Source of the DNA: Raja brachyura
Lineage: Eukaryota
Assembly (NCBI GenBank): GCA_963514005.1
Contig: OY740798.1
Coordinates: 21,266,001-21,330,000 of the forward strand
Direction: 5' to 3'
DNA length: 64,000 nucleotides
Part shown: in pieces, positions 1 to 13,145 of the stretch
Layout: every line of letters starts with the position of its first letter
How positions within the stretch are numbered: position 1 is the stretch's first letter
Program-made: the position numbers and the translations under genes
The notes under the pieces: model-generated
What the model saw: only the letters and a program-made list of their open reading frames with translations
Databases searched by the model: none
What the model was told of the DNA's origin: nothing

Positions 1-211
1 TCTTGAGGAAAAAGTAAAGTGCAGGAGGAACTTGGTTGTGAAGGGAAATAGACTGATGGTATTTCAGGTAGGGATTCTTCTGCAGACTCCATTTCGCAGG
101 TTATTTGATTTACTGATCACGCCTTGTTTATGCTCTGCAATAATTTTCGGTTTTCCTTTTCCCTCTTCATCTAGTTGTTATATATTTCCCCCTTATGTAT
201 TTACATTGAAA

Positions 212-305
212 ATAGACACAAAAAGCTGGAGTAATTCAGCGGGACAGGCAGCATCTCTGGAGAGAAGGAAAGGGTGATTTTTCGGGTCGAGACCCTTCTT
301 CAGAC
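212..305 (-). repeat. Penelope-terminus-derived short repeat family
   Basis: agacacaaaaagctggagtaa..cagcgggacaggcagcatctctggagag..gacccttcttcagac. Related copies at ~6760-6852, 10205-10335, 11105-11225, 12100-12215, 16145-16232, 55720-55920 and 62515-62610. Confidence 0.75.
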
Positions 306-1820
306 ATATTTACATTGTATTTACATTGTTGTCTCAGCTGATTCTTGTGGCAGGATATTTCAACTACTATGTGAAATATTCTTCTAGCATTTCCTTTTAA
401 GTTTCTGTGGAAATAATATCTTTTATATTCCTGCAAAAAGTTAATGCATCTAAATACTGGGCAGCTAATAATAGAACAGCATACATGTAGTGTTGACCAT
501 TAAAAACACATTCCTACCACTTTAATATCTGATCATTAAAAGTCCTTTCTTCTTAAAACGTGAATATTTCACAATTGTTATCTTGGCATTTACCAACTGC
601 ACAACCATGAAACATTTTTTAAACTTTTTTTTCCATGGATGTACGGAAACGTAATTATTTATTTTATGTAAAGCACTTTGGTTTCAACGCGAGTTGATTT
701 AAACGTACTATATAAATAAAACGTACTTACTTACTTACTTGCATTCTGCAATGAATGCCTTCAGGTGTTTCGCTGCTATTTCTCTTAAGTTATCTTCCCC
801 CCCCCCCCACCCCCATAAATTGGGATGATTAGCCGTATACATACAAACACCCCCCCCCCCCCCCCCCCGGTTGCAAATGGCCGACCTATGGACAACTGTA
901 CATATCGACAAGCTGCTTAATTTGAGGGGTGGTTTGAGCTGAACAGATACTCGCTCACACACTGAGTCAGTGAGGCTGTCTGGCTGGTGTCTGCTCTTCC
1001 CATGCCTGCTGTTTCTACGGCCCTCTCTCAGACTCTGTTTATGTTCACCAAGAAATCTGGGTTACAAACAGTTCTTAGAAAAAGGAACCTTTTCAAAACT
1101 CGGGGACTGCCGGCATTTTGTTTTTCCCTCGCAAAGTCTGAACATCATTTGGAATTTCTTTCCCAGCACCAATTAACTATGTGGGGTAAATGCAGAGCAA
1201 AGAAACCCTAAAATATTCAGGTCACTTCCTGAGAAAATAAATTGGCGAAAAATGGATGTATTGCACAAATATTATTGTAAATTAATATAAACTTTACCAA
1301 ATATCTAGCATATTGTGTAATACTGTAAACTTGGACGGGAGCTCCCCTGCTGGCCTGGTTGAATACTTTATGCCACTTCAAAACTATAAATCTGCCAATT
1401 GGCAAATGCTTTTATAATTATTAAGAGCATAGTTACAATGGCACTGTAGAATCATAGAAAGTTTACCATATAGGAGGTCATTGAGCCATCCTGCACCTGC
1501 TGGTCAAAAAGGAGCAACCAACCTAATCCCACTGTTCAGCACTTGTGGTCCTAAACATCTTCATAACCCACTCAGACAGCACCCAAGGTCAGGATTGAAC
1601 CTGGATCTCTAGCTCTGTGAGGCAGCAGTTCTACCAGCTGTGCCAGTGCTGCATTGCTGCCTTATCTGCCAGTCTATAGACTGTGCCTCAATTTTGATCA
1701 ACATGAAACAAATTAGCTTTTCTAAATATTTTATTGGCAATAAATTTGAGATTATTATTACAGCCCCTTGGTGTTCAGGAACTGGAGGAACCTAGTCAAC
1801 GAGCACAGAGGCCTGTGTTA

Positions 1821-2247
1821 CTGACAGCTTCCCTTTCTCCCTTCTACTTTACATGGCATGCTGCCAACAGCAGGTAGAGTAGTGTACATCTACAGAGACA
1901 TCTACAGAGACCACTGTATTCCTTTCCAGACCTTATTGACAAACACACAGTCCTCAATAAAGAGGATGCCGGTCTCATCCGCACAGCAGACACTTACAGA
2001 GCAGCAGTGAGCTCTAGTCATCATTGGTCTGCAGATCTTGGTGTCCATGTGAAAGTTGTAGTGATGATGTACTCTGACAAATGACTTTGACTGTCCATTA
2101 TTTTGAGACATATAACATCCCAAGAAGCAATGGTTGCACTTGGCTCTGTGAGACTGCTTGAGCCCTGACTTGTTGGAAGTGTACAATACTCTACCTCCTG
2201 TTGGCAGCATGCCATGTAAAGTAGAAGGGAGAAAGGGAAGCTGTCAG
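1821..2247. repeat. 68-bp inverted repeat (1821-1888 / 2180-2247)
   Basis: Direct comparison shows 2 mismatches over 68 bp. Confidence 0.92.
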
Positions 2248-3115
2248 AAACTGGCAAGCCCATTCCCATGGCTAAACGTGGCTAACAAGATTAAATCAAT
2301 TCAAGGCTATCGCCAATCAAGTCAAGTCTGCTGTGGGGCAGGGGAATTTGTCCAGACCAGATCTGTGGCATAGTGTGCAGGAAGATGTCTGACAGCCTTG
2401 TGCTGCCTTGGAAAATGATCGCCAACTTATGGTGAGTTAGGGTGCACACTTGACGAGTTAGGAAAATATCTTTGGAGAAAAATCCCACGTATGTGATGGG
2501 CATGCTCTCCAAAATGGAATTTGGGGAAGGAATCTGTAATTAGACACAAGTGCCCAACACAGAACATTAACAGCAAACTAATGAATGTTACCATTTTATG
2601 TTACACGGTAGAAAAATACATTTTCCAACATAGCTGTTGAGTTCAAAGGGAGTTGGAAATGGAACATGGTGAGTATCGGCTTGTATGTTTCAGGTTTGCC
2701 GCTTGTATTCCTGCGACATCAGTTCTGTCACTCACCTGATGTGTTGTCTGGATCCCGAACTCTGAACTAAAGATTAAGCCAGATACCACAAACAACACGA
2801 TGTATAAGCAATCAAATGCTGGATTCTTGGAGTTTTACTCGATAAGCCTTGGTCACTGTTGATTTCATCACCACCTATCATGCTCTTTCTCTCGAGCATG
2901 TTCAGTGCTGGTTAGCAATCGGTAGCCCAATCTAATTTTCATTTCCTTAACTTCAGTATCAACTTGTAGCATTCATTCCATTATCCGAGAAGATTGGTCT
3001 AGTCTACGAATATTAAGATCAAAATCATAACTTTCCCTGAATTACTTGAGGGGTTCTTAATACTTTGCTCGGATTTTAATATAAATTGCCTTTAACCGCA
3101 ATTGCTTCTTTACAG

Positions 3116-3331
3116 GGAAACAGTGGATGAGGTTCTGCAGATGCCTCCATCGTTATTAACATGTGGGGGTTGTCAGCAGAATATTGGAGATCGTTATTTC
3201 CTGAAAGCCATTGATCAGTATTGGCATGAAGACTGTCTGAGCTGTGACCTGTGCGGCTGTAGACTGGGAGAAGTGGGGAGGAGACTGTACTACAAACTTG
3301 GCAGAAAGCTTTGCCGCAGGGATTATCTCAG
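3116..3331 (+). CDS. LMO2: LMO2 (rhombotin-2) internal coding exon, LIM domain 1
   Basis: tttacag|G acceptor and AG|gtatgc donor. Translates [71 protein letters not shown], almost identical to vertebrate LMO2. The start-codon exon was not found in the window. Confidence 0.97.
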
Positions 3332-4199
3332 GTATGCAGCTCTCTTTGAATTTTAATTCTTAATATATTTATGCCTCTGTGCCGATAACAAAGGGACTTT
3401 TCATTTTCTTTGCTGCTGAATAAAAAAAACAAGCAAACTGTTAAAGGTTTAAACTCGTGTGGTGCTCGTCATTCCTATAAAAGGCCAAATAAATTACATT
3501 TTGAGTTGTGCCAGCACAGTCTAATGATTGGAGTGCCTACACCTCTTCAGGAGTGAAAACTCTCCATCTGGTTTGTGCAATTCACTTTCTGGTCAGTGTG
3601 ATCCTCATGATGTTGACCATAGTGGGGGTCATTGGAAATGGTATAAGCATTAAATGGTTGAGTTTTCTTTCCTGGGCCAATGCACAGTGTTTAACATTCC
3701 TTTCCCCTTTCAATCCAAGCATCAATATTGTCCAACATTGTTCCTGTTGTGAATGATTTATGTTCAGTATCGGAGCAATCTGAATGGAGCTGGAGCTTAC
3801 CAATATTTTCAGTAACTTCCTTTGGTCTTCAGAGTTGCCTATTCCAGTTCAGTCTGCATCTTTGTTGAACACTGTAACTCTTATTCAAAAAATGGATGAA
3901 TAGAATTTACATCAGAAAATAACTTTATCCAATTCCAAATCACTCAAATCACAATAGAGAGAAGCTACATGTAACTCTTGTTGCTTTGTCATCTTTTCTA
4001 ACTTTTCAGCTTTTTTCAATACATCAAATTATCTTTAATTCCATAACCTTTAGTCTTGATCATTGATGCCCTGAGTGAATCTTCACTGAATATTTTTTGA
4101 AATTTCCCACAATACCCATCACCTTCCCTGGGAATTCATGTCAAGCACAATGTCCCTTTCTGAAAAATACATCTTTTTGGGGATCTTGATCACTTAAGT

Positions 4200-4470
4200 C
4201 ATCAATTAAGGGACAGAAGTTTAGGGGTAACATGCGGGGGAAGTTCTTTACTCAGAGAGTGGTGGCTGTGTGGAATGATTTTCCAGCAGAAGTGGTGGAG
4301 GCAGGATCGATTTTAACATTTAAAAGTAAAGTTGATAGGTATATAGATGGGAAGAGAATGGAGGGGTATGGTCTGAGTGCAGGTAGATGGGACTAGGGGA
4401 AAATAAATGGTCGCACGGACTGGAAGGGCCGAGAAGGCATGTTTAGGTGCTGTAATTGTTATATGGTTAT
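4200..4470 (+). mobile_element. CR1 LINE 3' fragment
   Basis: ttctttactcagagagtggtggctgtgtggaat (FFTQRVV.VWN) motif and tail. Other old CR1 pieces at ~8590-8920 (-), 9500-9960 (+), 41060-41420 (+) and 47370-47530 (-). Confidence 0.75.
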
Positions 4471-4689
4471 AAGGTTACAATTGCAAAATGTTATCTATCA
4501 CATTTGAACTGGCCAATATTTACCTGAATGAGCTTTCTTCTCCTTTTTGAATATAGGTGATGTATTGGCCATTCTTCATCCTAGAGCTTTTATCACTTTT
4601 CGGGTCTCTGAAATTACTTCCCACGCTTCTGAGGTTTATTTTCAGTGTAGCTCATTAAATGTTGGCATCTACGTCCAAAGCCCCACTAA

Positions 4690-4990
4690 GCACAGTGGTA
4701 CAATTGGCGGTGCCGTTGACTCAACGGCCAGAAAACCAGATTGATCGTGATCTCGGATGTTGTCTATACAGAGTTTGCATGTTCTCCCTGTGACCGCATG
4801 GGTTTCCTCCATGTGCTCTAGTTACCTCTCACATCCCAAAGACATGCAGGTTTGTATGTTAACTGGTCTCTGTAAATTGCCCCTCTGTGTGTGTGTGTAG
4901 GGATTGAATGTAGAACTAGTGTGAATGGGTGAATGATGGTCGGCGTAGACTCAGCGGGCTGAAGGGCCTGGTAGCATGCTGTATCTTTCA
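4690..4990 (+). mobile_element. tRNA-derived V-SINE (HE1-like)
   Basis: gcacagtggt..; V-SINE core gagtttgcatgttctccctgtgaccgcatgggtttcctcc..cacatcccaaagac; CR1-like tail gggctgaagggcctg. Confidence 0.75.
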
Positions 4991-5546
4991 AGCAATCACA
5001 GATTATATTCTGAAATTTGTTCATCAGATGGTACAATTCCATTTTTTTTACTTGTGATCTTAATTCAAGATGTATAAAGTATGTGAGTAAACTAACTAGG
5101 TTTTGCATTTGAACTTCTCCCATTTTTGCCACCTTACCTGTGCAGGAAATGTGGCCTGGACATTTGTTCAGGGTGTTTTGTGCTGTTGTCTCATCTATTG
5201 ATAAATCCAAAATCACAGCCTCAGATATCTGCAGAATGAGAGAGAGGCAAATTCTTGGAAATATTAATTTGACCTTTCCTAGTGACCCAAGGCCTAGATA
5301 CTCCAGATGTACAGAAACTATCGCCAGGCACAATGTTGATTCTGCAGTCTAGAATCCTTGGCTTAACTTGGTACTCTTGCAGTCTGCGTGCTTTAATGAG
5401 AAACCTACTGTGCTCCTTTAACCCCGCTATCTAAACAATACTACTGCTCATTGGTCAATAGGTATATACTTGACAGAGCATGGGTTTAATTTGTATTTCG
5501 CACCATTACTTCTGCTTTATACTAACATCTTATCTCTCCACCTTAG

Positions 5547-5766
5547 GTTATTTGGCCAAGATGGACTTTGCTCTGCCTGTGATAAACGGATCCGAGCCTA
5601 TGAAATGACAATGCGAGTAAAGGATAAGGTTTATCACCTGGAGTGTTTCAAATGTGCTGCATGTCAAAAACATTTCTGTGTGGGAGATAGATACCTGCTC
5701 ATCAACTCAGACATTGTTTGTGAACAAGATATTTATGAATGGACTAAACTCAATGGGATGATCTAG
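5547..5766 (+). CDS. LMO2: LMO2 last coding exon, LIM domain 2 and stop
   Basis: Branch point TACTAAC (5520-5526), pyrimidine tract and ccttag|G acceptor. Translates [72 protein letters not shown]. Phase matches the preceding exon. Confidence 0.97.
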
Positions 5767-8700
5767 AATTACTTCAATGCTGAGTTTTGTAATCACTGTG
5801 TATATGTGAATTAATGCATTTGTAAGAGACTGTAAATGTTAAGAACTTGTACAGATATTTTATTAATATAAGCTGTGACGTTATATGTGATTTACCGCGA
5901 GCTATTAACTTCTACAGCTTTATTAAAGAGAGTGAAATTTAATATCATCTTAGTTATTGGGGAAAAAAAGCACTGCGTAATTATATTGAAGAATTCCTTA
6001 GTTTGGGTTTTGACAGAATAATTTTGGTCCAAACCTCCTCATAGTCTTCAAAAACAGACATGGACATAAGGATTGAAAAACCCAATGGAGAACTAAATAA
6101 TTATCCCTAGTATCAAGTCAGCGCACAATGTGCTATGGTACAGTATCAGGCCAGAGTACAATGTGTTAACCTGAGTGAAAAATGTCAACAGGGTCAAGGA
6201 GCACCCCTCTCCCTGCCATAATCTACACCACCCTCTCACATCAACCTTTGCAACCCCTCCCCACCATAAATAAGGTGGACTATGGTTGTCGGTGGGCAAT
6301 TATTGGCAATCAGTGAGTTCTGTAGAGGCAGCATACCCAATCTAGCTGTGTGTAGCAGCTTCATTAATTAACTTCCTTCATTGTAAACTCCCGAGTAATG
6401 TTTTTTTCCTGTTGATTTCAGTGTTTAGCTCTATTCACAGCCTTTCTGTTAATGAAACCACATGCAACCTGGACAGCATCCAGGCTTGGGATAACAAGTC
6501 TGTTAACACCATAGAAGTACAAACGAGGTCTAACCAAATATTCAATGGTACAACAGTCTAATTTAAAGTTGCTGCTGGCCAACTCACTTGCATCTGCCAT
6601 GTTAACACATGGTTATCTCAGCAAGACGGGTATAAAGGCTAGATGCAGTAACAGCTGTTTACCTGCTGAGAACTGTTGGATGGCCAAGATTTTGATGGTA
6701 AATTCACTTGCATATGTAGCTGGACCTGCAGAAGAAGACTGGCTAATTGACACTTCTGATTGAAGAAGGGTCTCGACCCAAAATGTCACCCATTCCTTCT
6801 CTCCAGAGATGCTGCCTGTCCCGCTGAGTTACTCCAGCTTTTTTGTGTCTATCTCTGGCTCATTGACAACCCTGTTACTGGATTACATTTTCACCACATT
6901 TTTTTAATGTTGGTAATGAAAGGCCATTTGTTTGTTTGATGTAATATGCTATATTAAAAAAAACTAGTAAAAGGTTCTGAAAAGGTAGTCATGCCTCCTT
7001 TTAGATATCATCCTTATGCTTGCAGTGCAGGCTGAGTCGTGTATGTCTAGTGAAAGATGCACAGCTCTAATCTTTTCTTAACCTCTTGACTGCCTCAGTG
7101 GTGTTGGTCTTGGTTCTTTCCAATCATAGATGAGTTATAATTTAAAGACTTAATCATTAGGTGGAGTTTGCCTGTATAATTTATTAGAGAGGCCAACAAG
7201 GGACAACAATTTATGTTGATTCCTCTCTGTTCCTCCAGAAGCAATTGTTAGAAATGAAACACTTCTACTTGGTGTCATTCACAACCTACGTACACTCAAA
7301 ACAACTTCTCAGCCCCAATAATACCTTTGCAGTGCAGTTGTAGGAAGAATAGCTGTCAATTTGTGCACAGAACACTTCTATTGGCTACAATGAAGTAATG
7401 GCTTGATTATTTTATTGTGCTGAATAAGGCATAATATTAATCAGGTTACTGGAGACACTGTAGCTGCTTTCCTCCAAGAAAAACGCAATGAGAACTTTTA
7501 TGAGACCACACAGGACTTTGGTTCAAAAGCAGATTAAACTAAAATGTCTGCACTTCCAATTAGACAATGTTCCCTCTGTGCAGCACTGGAGTTGGAATTA
7601 TTGCCCATACTTGCACATGAGAAGGTGATGGTAATATGTTTTCTTGAACAGCTGCAAGCCCTCTGCTGATGATACTCCCATAGTGCTGATGGGGTCAGCA
7701 GTACCTGGATTAAGACCATGAGGCGATGAAGGAACGATTACATTGTTCAAAATGAAGAAGATGTTTGACTTGGAACTGGTGTTCCCATGCCCCTACTGCC
7801 TTTGATCTTCTTGATGGCAAATACACAAGTTTGGAAGTGTTGTTGCGGTGACATAAACACAGACCTGAAGTATATTTTGTAGGCAGTATGAACTGACTGG
7901 ATGCTAGAAACAGAGGGACTGTACGACTCAACTGGTGGTCTGAAGAAAGGTCCTGACCGGAAACATCACCTATCCATGTTCTCCAGGGATGCGTCATGAC
8001 TTACTCCAGCACTTTGGAGTTCCTCCAGCACTTTGTGTCTTTTTTTGCAAGCTAGCATGGTGCAGTTCATTGTTTCTATGATTTGACTGGTGGACTGGGT
8101 ACCAATTAAGTGAGTTTCTTCCTGGAGTTATTTGAGTGCTATTCATCCCAGCAATTGAAGAATATCCCATTCAATTTCTGACGAGCAATTTTGGCGATGA
8201 AAAGGCTTTGATGAGGCAGACACGAGTCATTTGCTACAGCATAACTTGTCCTTGAGCTGTTCTTGTCACCATTAATTTTACATTTCAGATTTCAGAACTC
8301 AGTTGTTTATTGTCATGCACTGGTCATTGGTGCAAAGAAATTCCTTGTTTCCAAGCAGTGCAGAGAGTAAACAGTATTCATTTAGTGATGGTAAATACAA
8401 CACTAAACATAATATTAGGTGCAAAATAGGAAAATAGTACTAGATTGTAATGTAATCTGATGCAGTGCAAATTCACAGCAAAACAATGAAATAACCAAAT
8501 GAGATCGAATTAAGAGTAAGAGTCCATAACATCACCTCTAGGAATGGGGTGTACAAGAGGTGATTGGTTCTGGACGCACAAGAGCAGGCTCCGCAGCCCA
8601 CAATGTCTGTACTGCCCATGATGCCAAGTTAAACTAATCTACTCTGCCTGCACGTGATCCATATCCCTCCATTCCCTGCTGATCCACAAGCTTATCTAAA

Positions 8701-11700
8701 CGTTTCTTAAATACGATATCTGCCTTCACCACCACCCTTGGCAGAATGTTCCAGGCACCCATCATTCTGCATAAAAAACTTGCCACAATCATCTCCTTTA
8801 AACATTGTGCCTCTCATCTTAAATGGCAGATCCCTGTAGTATCTGCCATTTCCACCCTGGGAAAAAAGTTCTGTTTGTTTACCTTATCAACGCACCTCAT
8901 AATTTTATACACTTCTATGAGGTTTCCTCTCAATTGGATTGCACTGGGGAAGAAGCTGTTTTTAACATTGGATATCGAAGCTTTCAAACTCTTGTATCTT
9001 CTCCCAGAAAGTAGAAGGGAGAAAAGGAATGGCCAGAGAACTTTGACAATACTTCCAGCCTTCTTAAAGCAATGCATCGTGAAGATGGACTGGATTGAAG
9101 GAAGTAATCAACCTGTGATGGACTGGCCTGTGTTCACATTCTGCAGGTTCAAATAGGCAAGAGAAGTGCAGTAGCAAAACCAGGCTGAGATGCATACATT
9201 GGAATACTTTCTATAGTATATCTATCTACATTTGAGTCAACATGTACATGCTGAATCTTCGCATGTGTCTAAGAAAGTAAATACATCGATGCACTGTCTT
9301 CATCATTGCATCAATGTGAAGATACCAGGTTAGGTTGCTGCTGATATGGATGTCTAGCAATTTGAAGCTGTTGACCATCTCTACAACTGCTCTGTTGATG
9401 ATGACAGGGTTGTGCTCACCCTATCACTTCCTTCAGTCAATAATCATCTCTCGGTCTTGCTGTTAAGGGACAGATGGATATACTGTACCTGTATTGAGGA
9501 CTGAGCAGAGAAGGTTCACCAAGTTGATTCCTGTGATGAAGGGGTTGACACATGTGCAAGGTTAGGCAGGTTGTGCCGACACTCGATGGAAGTTTGATAG
9601 AATAAGAGGTGATGTTATTAAAACATGCAATTCTGAAGGGATTGACAGGATAGATGCTAAGAGGATGGTTTATCTAGAACTAGTTTCAAAATTAGAGGTC
9701 TACCATTTAAAATGAATATAAGGATAAATTCCTTCTCTGGGTTTCGTCACTCTTTAGAATTCCCTACCCGAGAGATCTGTGAAAGAAAAATCATTGAGTA
9801 TATTTTAGGCAGAGACTGACTGATATTTGAACTACAATGGAGTCAAAAGCTAGAGGGGAAGAGTGAGTAAATAATATTGTGGGCATGATTGGATATTAGT
9901 GAATGGCAGTGAAGGCTTTGTGAACCAAGTGACCTGTCCCTGATCCTGATTTTCAGTTTCTTACGAACATGGAAGAAGTGGTTTATGGAGATGCAGCAGG
10001 ACATTTCCTAATAGTCAAGCTTGAACCTTTGAGAAATCAATTGGTTCCATAAGGCAGCACAATAGTGCGACCTAAAGTTGCAGTGACACGTGCTCCATGC
10101 TCCTGACTTCCAGTTCTGTCTGTGGGTTTGCACATTCTCCCTGTGATTGTATGGGTTCACCCTGAGTACTCCGTTTCCCTACCACATCACAATGACATGC
10201 TGTGCAGGAAGGAACTGCAGATTCTAGTTTAAACCAAAGATAGACACAAAAAGCTGGAGTAACTCAGCGGGACAGGCAGCATCTCTGGAGGGAAGGAATG
10301 GGTGACGTTTTGGGTCGAGACCCTTCATCAGACCTGGCAGGTCAGCAATGACTTGCTGGCAGGTCTGTTAATTGGATGCTGTGAATTGTTCCTATGGAGG
10401 TAGGTGGTAGAAGAACCTGGGTGGATTTGATGGACCTGCAAGAGAGTAAGTTACAGGAAAATAACAGGAGATATGGAAGTGATGAGATTACTCTGGAAGA
10501 TAGCATCAACTTGATGGACTGAATAACCTCCTATGATGCAAGGAAAAACATTATTTTTTAAACATGTCCAGAATTAGTCACTTGGCACAATTCAGCATCA
10601 AATTCCAAGCCTTTGACTTCTTCTGACCCGTACCATTACTAATAATCATTATAGGAATTAGGACTGACTCTGAATCAAGAATCTGGAAACTCCTTCAGTC
10701 ACAGTGCCAAGGAATTTCTGACTACTGCCAAATGAGCAGAGTGAAGAAGCAATAGAAATAATTGGCTTCAGTACTACTGTTACAATGGAGAGGAGTCTGT
10801 GATTTTGTGTTCTTGTCAGCATGTGATCTCACTTAATGTTTCTGTGCTTTCATCAATTATTCACTTGACCACTGCTTTGATCATAAGCTGAATTACAAAG
10901 TAGCTCAACGAAATGGAATGCTGCTTCATGTACTAATATCACCGCATTTCCTGCACAACATGCGAGCCAAGAGGTTGCTGAAAAAAATGCTGAACATCAC
11001 AGCCTAGAAATACATTTTCACCTAAATAAAAGCACTAGATCCATGCTGTCACTGTTCTCTTCATTTTGGTACTGCTTGGATACAGTACATCTACAAAGAA
11101 ATAAGAAACCACAGATGCTGGTTTACAAAAAAATGACACAAAGTGCTGGAGTAATGCAGCAGGTCAAGCAGCATCTCTGGAGAACATGAATAGCTGATAT
11201 TTTGGGTTGGATACCTTCTTCAGACTCCATTGATGAATATTTCATATGTATATTTTGAGCCCCCAATACTCTACTTTTAATGCTAATTAGATACAAATAA
11301 TCATTAGTACTGTTATATCCACCTCTGCTGGCAATCCATATCCCAAATGACATCAAGCTTCTGGCCATCAAAACAGCTCAAGTCCCCCAAACCACAGCAG
11401 CGCTAGGCGTGTTTGTGGTCTGCTGTACTAACATGGTCCCAATAAAGACATGCCCTACACTTCATCAACTTTTACTTCTTTGAGGTTCTTCGAGAAGAAG
11501 TGGAAAGAAGGCATCAGGGATCAATGATGCTACTCAGAGCGGAAATCAATTAAACAGGAAAAACATTGTATTAAAGCACACTTCCCTGCTTTTGGTAAAT
11601 ATGAAGAAGACTGCTTGTTCTTGAGAATTGGAGTTGTTCACATTTTGCTGAGGATTCTGTGCCTACCTGCAATTTTCCTGGATGTGGATCATTGACCATT

Positions 11701-11879
11701 GACAGAGGAGGACCTCACAGATTAGGAATAAGTATATCACTCTATATCAGCAATAGTAACTTACTTCTAAAAGAGGCCACAGCGGTGAATCATGGCAGGC
11801 AGCCTACATGTTTACAGTACTTTCAGATTGGTGTCAATGTAATGTTTATCATTTGTAAAATTTACTCACATCTTGAGGA

Positions 11880-12540
11880 TTCGAAGGGCGGCCGGAGATG
11901 TCCGGGGCGACAACGGACTGACGGGACACCGGCCCGGAGCAGCGGCCCACAGGCCCACAGCCAGCGCAGAGAAGAAGCGCCAACCCCAACCCAACCCCGC
12001 TCCAACTCCCGAGGAACCCGAGGAATCTCCAGCCGCACCCCCCGCCCCACCCAGCGGCCGCTACCAGTAAAAGCCAAGCACCAACCATCAATGGGGATAC
12101 AGACAAAGCACTGCAACAGGTCAGCTGGACAAGCAGCATCCCCGGAGAAAAGGAATGGGTGACATATCGGGTCGAGACCCTTCTCCAGGGATGTTGCCTG
12201 ACCCGCCGAGCCACCGCAGCACCCCGTGTGCATCCCCATCGATGAACGGCGCTCGGCCCCCGCTGGCACCGAGGGAGCCAACCGACAGCCGCTGGCCTGC
12301 CGGGAAACGGCACCCTGGGAGCCAGAGCTGAGCTGAGCTGGAGCCAGCACCTCCATCCCACGCCGGCTGCAAGCCCGGGCCAGCACCGCGCCAGCCCAGG
12401 GCCACCCCGACACCTCCCCCGGACAGGGACGGGGCACCCAGACAGGGACAGAGATGGCCCAGCAGCAACTCAACAGTGCCGGAGACCCGGGCCCGAACCC
12501 AGCCCCACACAGCAGCACGATCTCGCCTACTCACCGAAGC
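11880..12540 (-). promoter_or_regulatory. CpG-island-like region with strong strand skew, possibly the first intron of a minus-strand transcript
   Basis: GC/CpG-rich, G/T-rich on the minus strand, with consensus minus-strand splice donors near both ends (GTGAGT at 12534 and 11869). Confidence 0.4.
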
Positions 12541-12773
12541 ATAAAGCAATAGAAACGACAAAATCATCGTAGCTTTGTACAAAGGAACAATAAATACAAC
12601 CAATTCATAGTTTGAAAGCAATATTTCCTTACCTAGAAGAATCAAAGCCGGAAAATACGGATGAAACAAATGTTCAGCTGCTCAGCTACCAACAATGTTT
12701 ATGGCGAGTGACCTATGACCTGGGCATGCACAGCCAAAATACCGAACTCGCTTTTTTAAGTGAGTTGTGGCTA

Positions 12774-13145
12774 CATAGAAACATAAAAACATAGAAAATA
12801 GGTGCAGGAGTAGGCCAATCGGCTCTTCAAGCCTGCACCGCCATTCAATATGATCATGGCTGATCATCCAACTCAGTATCCTGTACCTGCCTTCTCTCCA
12901 TACCCCCTGATCCCTTTAGCCACAAGGGATACATCTAACTCCCTCTTAAATATAGCCAATGAACTGGCCTCAACTACCTTCTGTGGCAGAGAATTCCAGA
13001 GACTCACCACTCTCTGTGTGAAAAATGTTTTCCTCATCTCGGTCCTAAAGGAATTCCCCCTTATCCTTAGACTGTGACCCTTTGTTCTGGACCTCCTCAA
13101 CATTGGGAACAATCTTCCTGCATCTAGCCTATCCAACCCCTTAAG
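12774..13145 (-). mobile_element. CR1 LINE 3' fragment
   Basis: Same 3' end as the 18510-19380 copy (FFTQRVVSLWNSLPQKVVEASSL; catagaaa tail). Confidence 0.9.

Noticed and set aside
797-868. Poly-C tracts (G-quadruplex potential on the minus strand)
   Set aside because: Simple homopolymers of uncertain length with no supporting context.
4818-5333. 171-aa minus-strand ORF
   Set aside because: Lies in an LMO2 intron, partly over a SINE; no domain similarity.
11659-12669. Five overlapping ORFs of 65-218 aa
   Set aside because: Expected in GC-rich sequence poor in stop codons; low-complexity translations, no recognisable domain, and they run through an embedded repeat.
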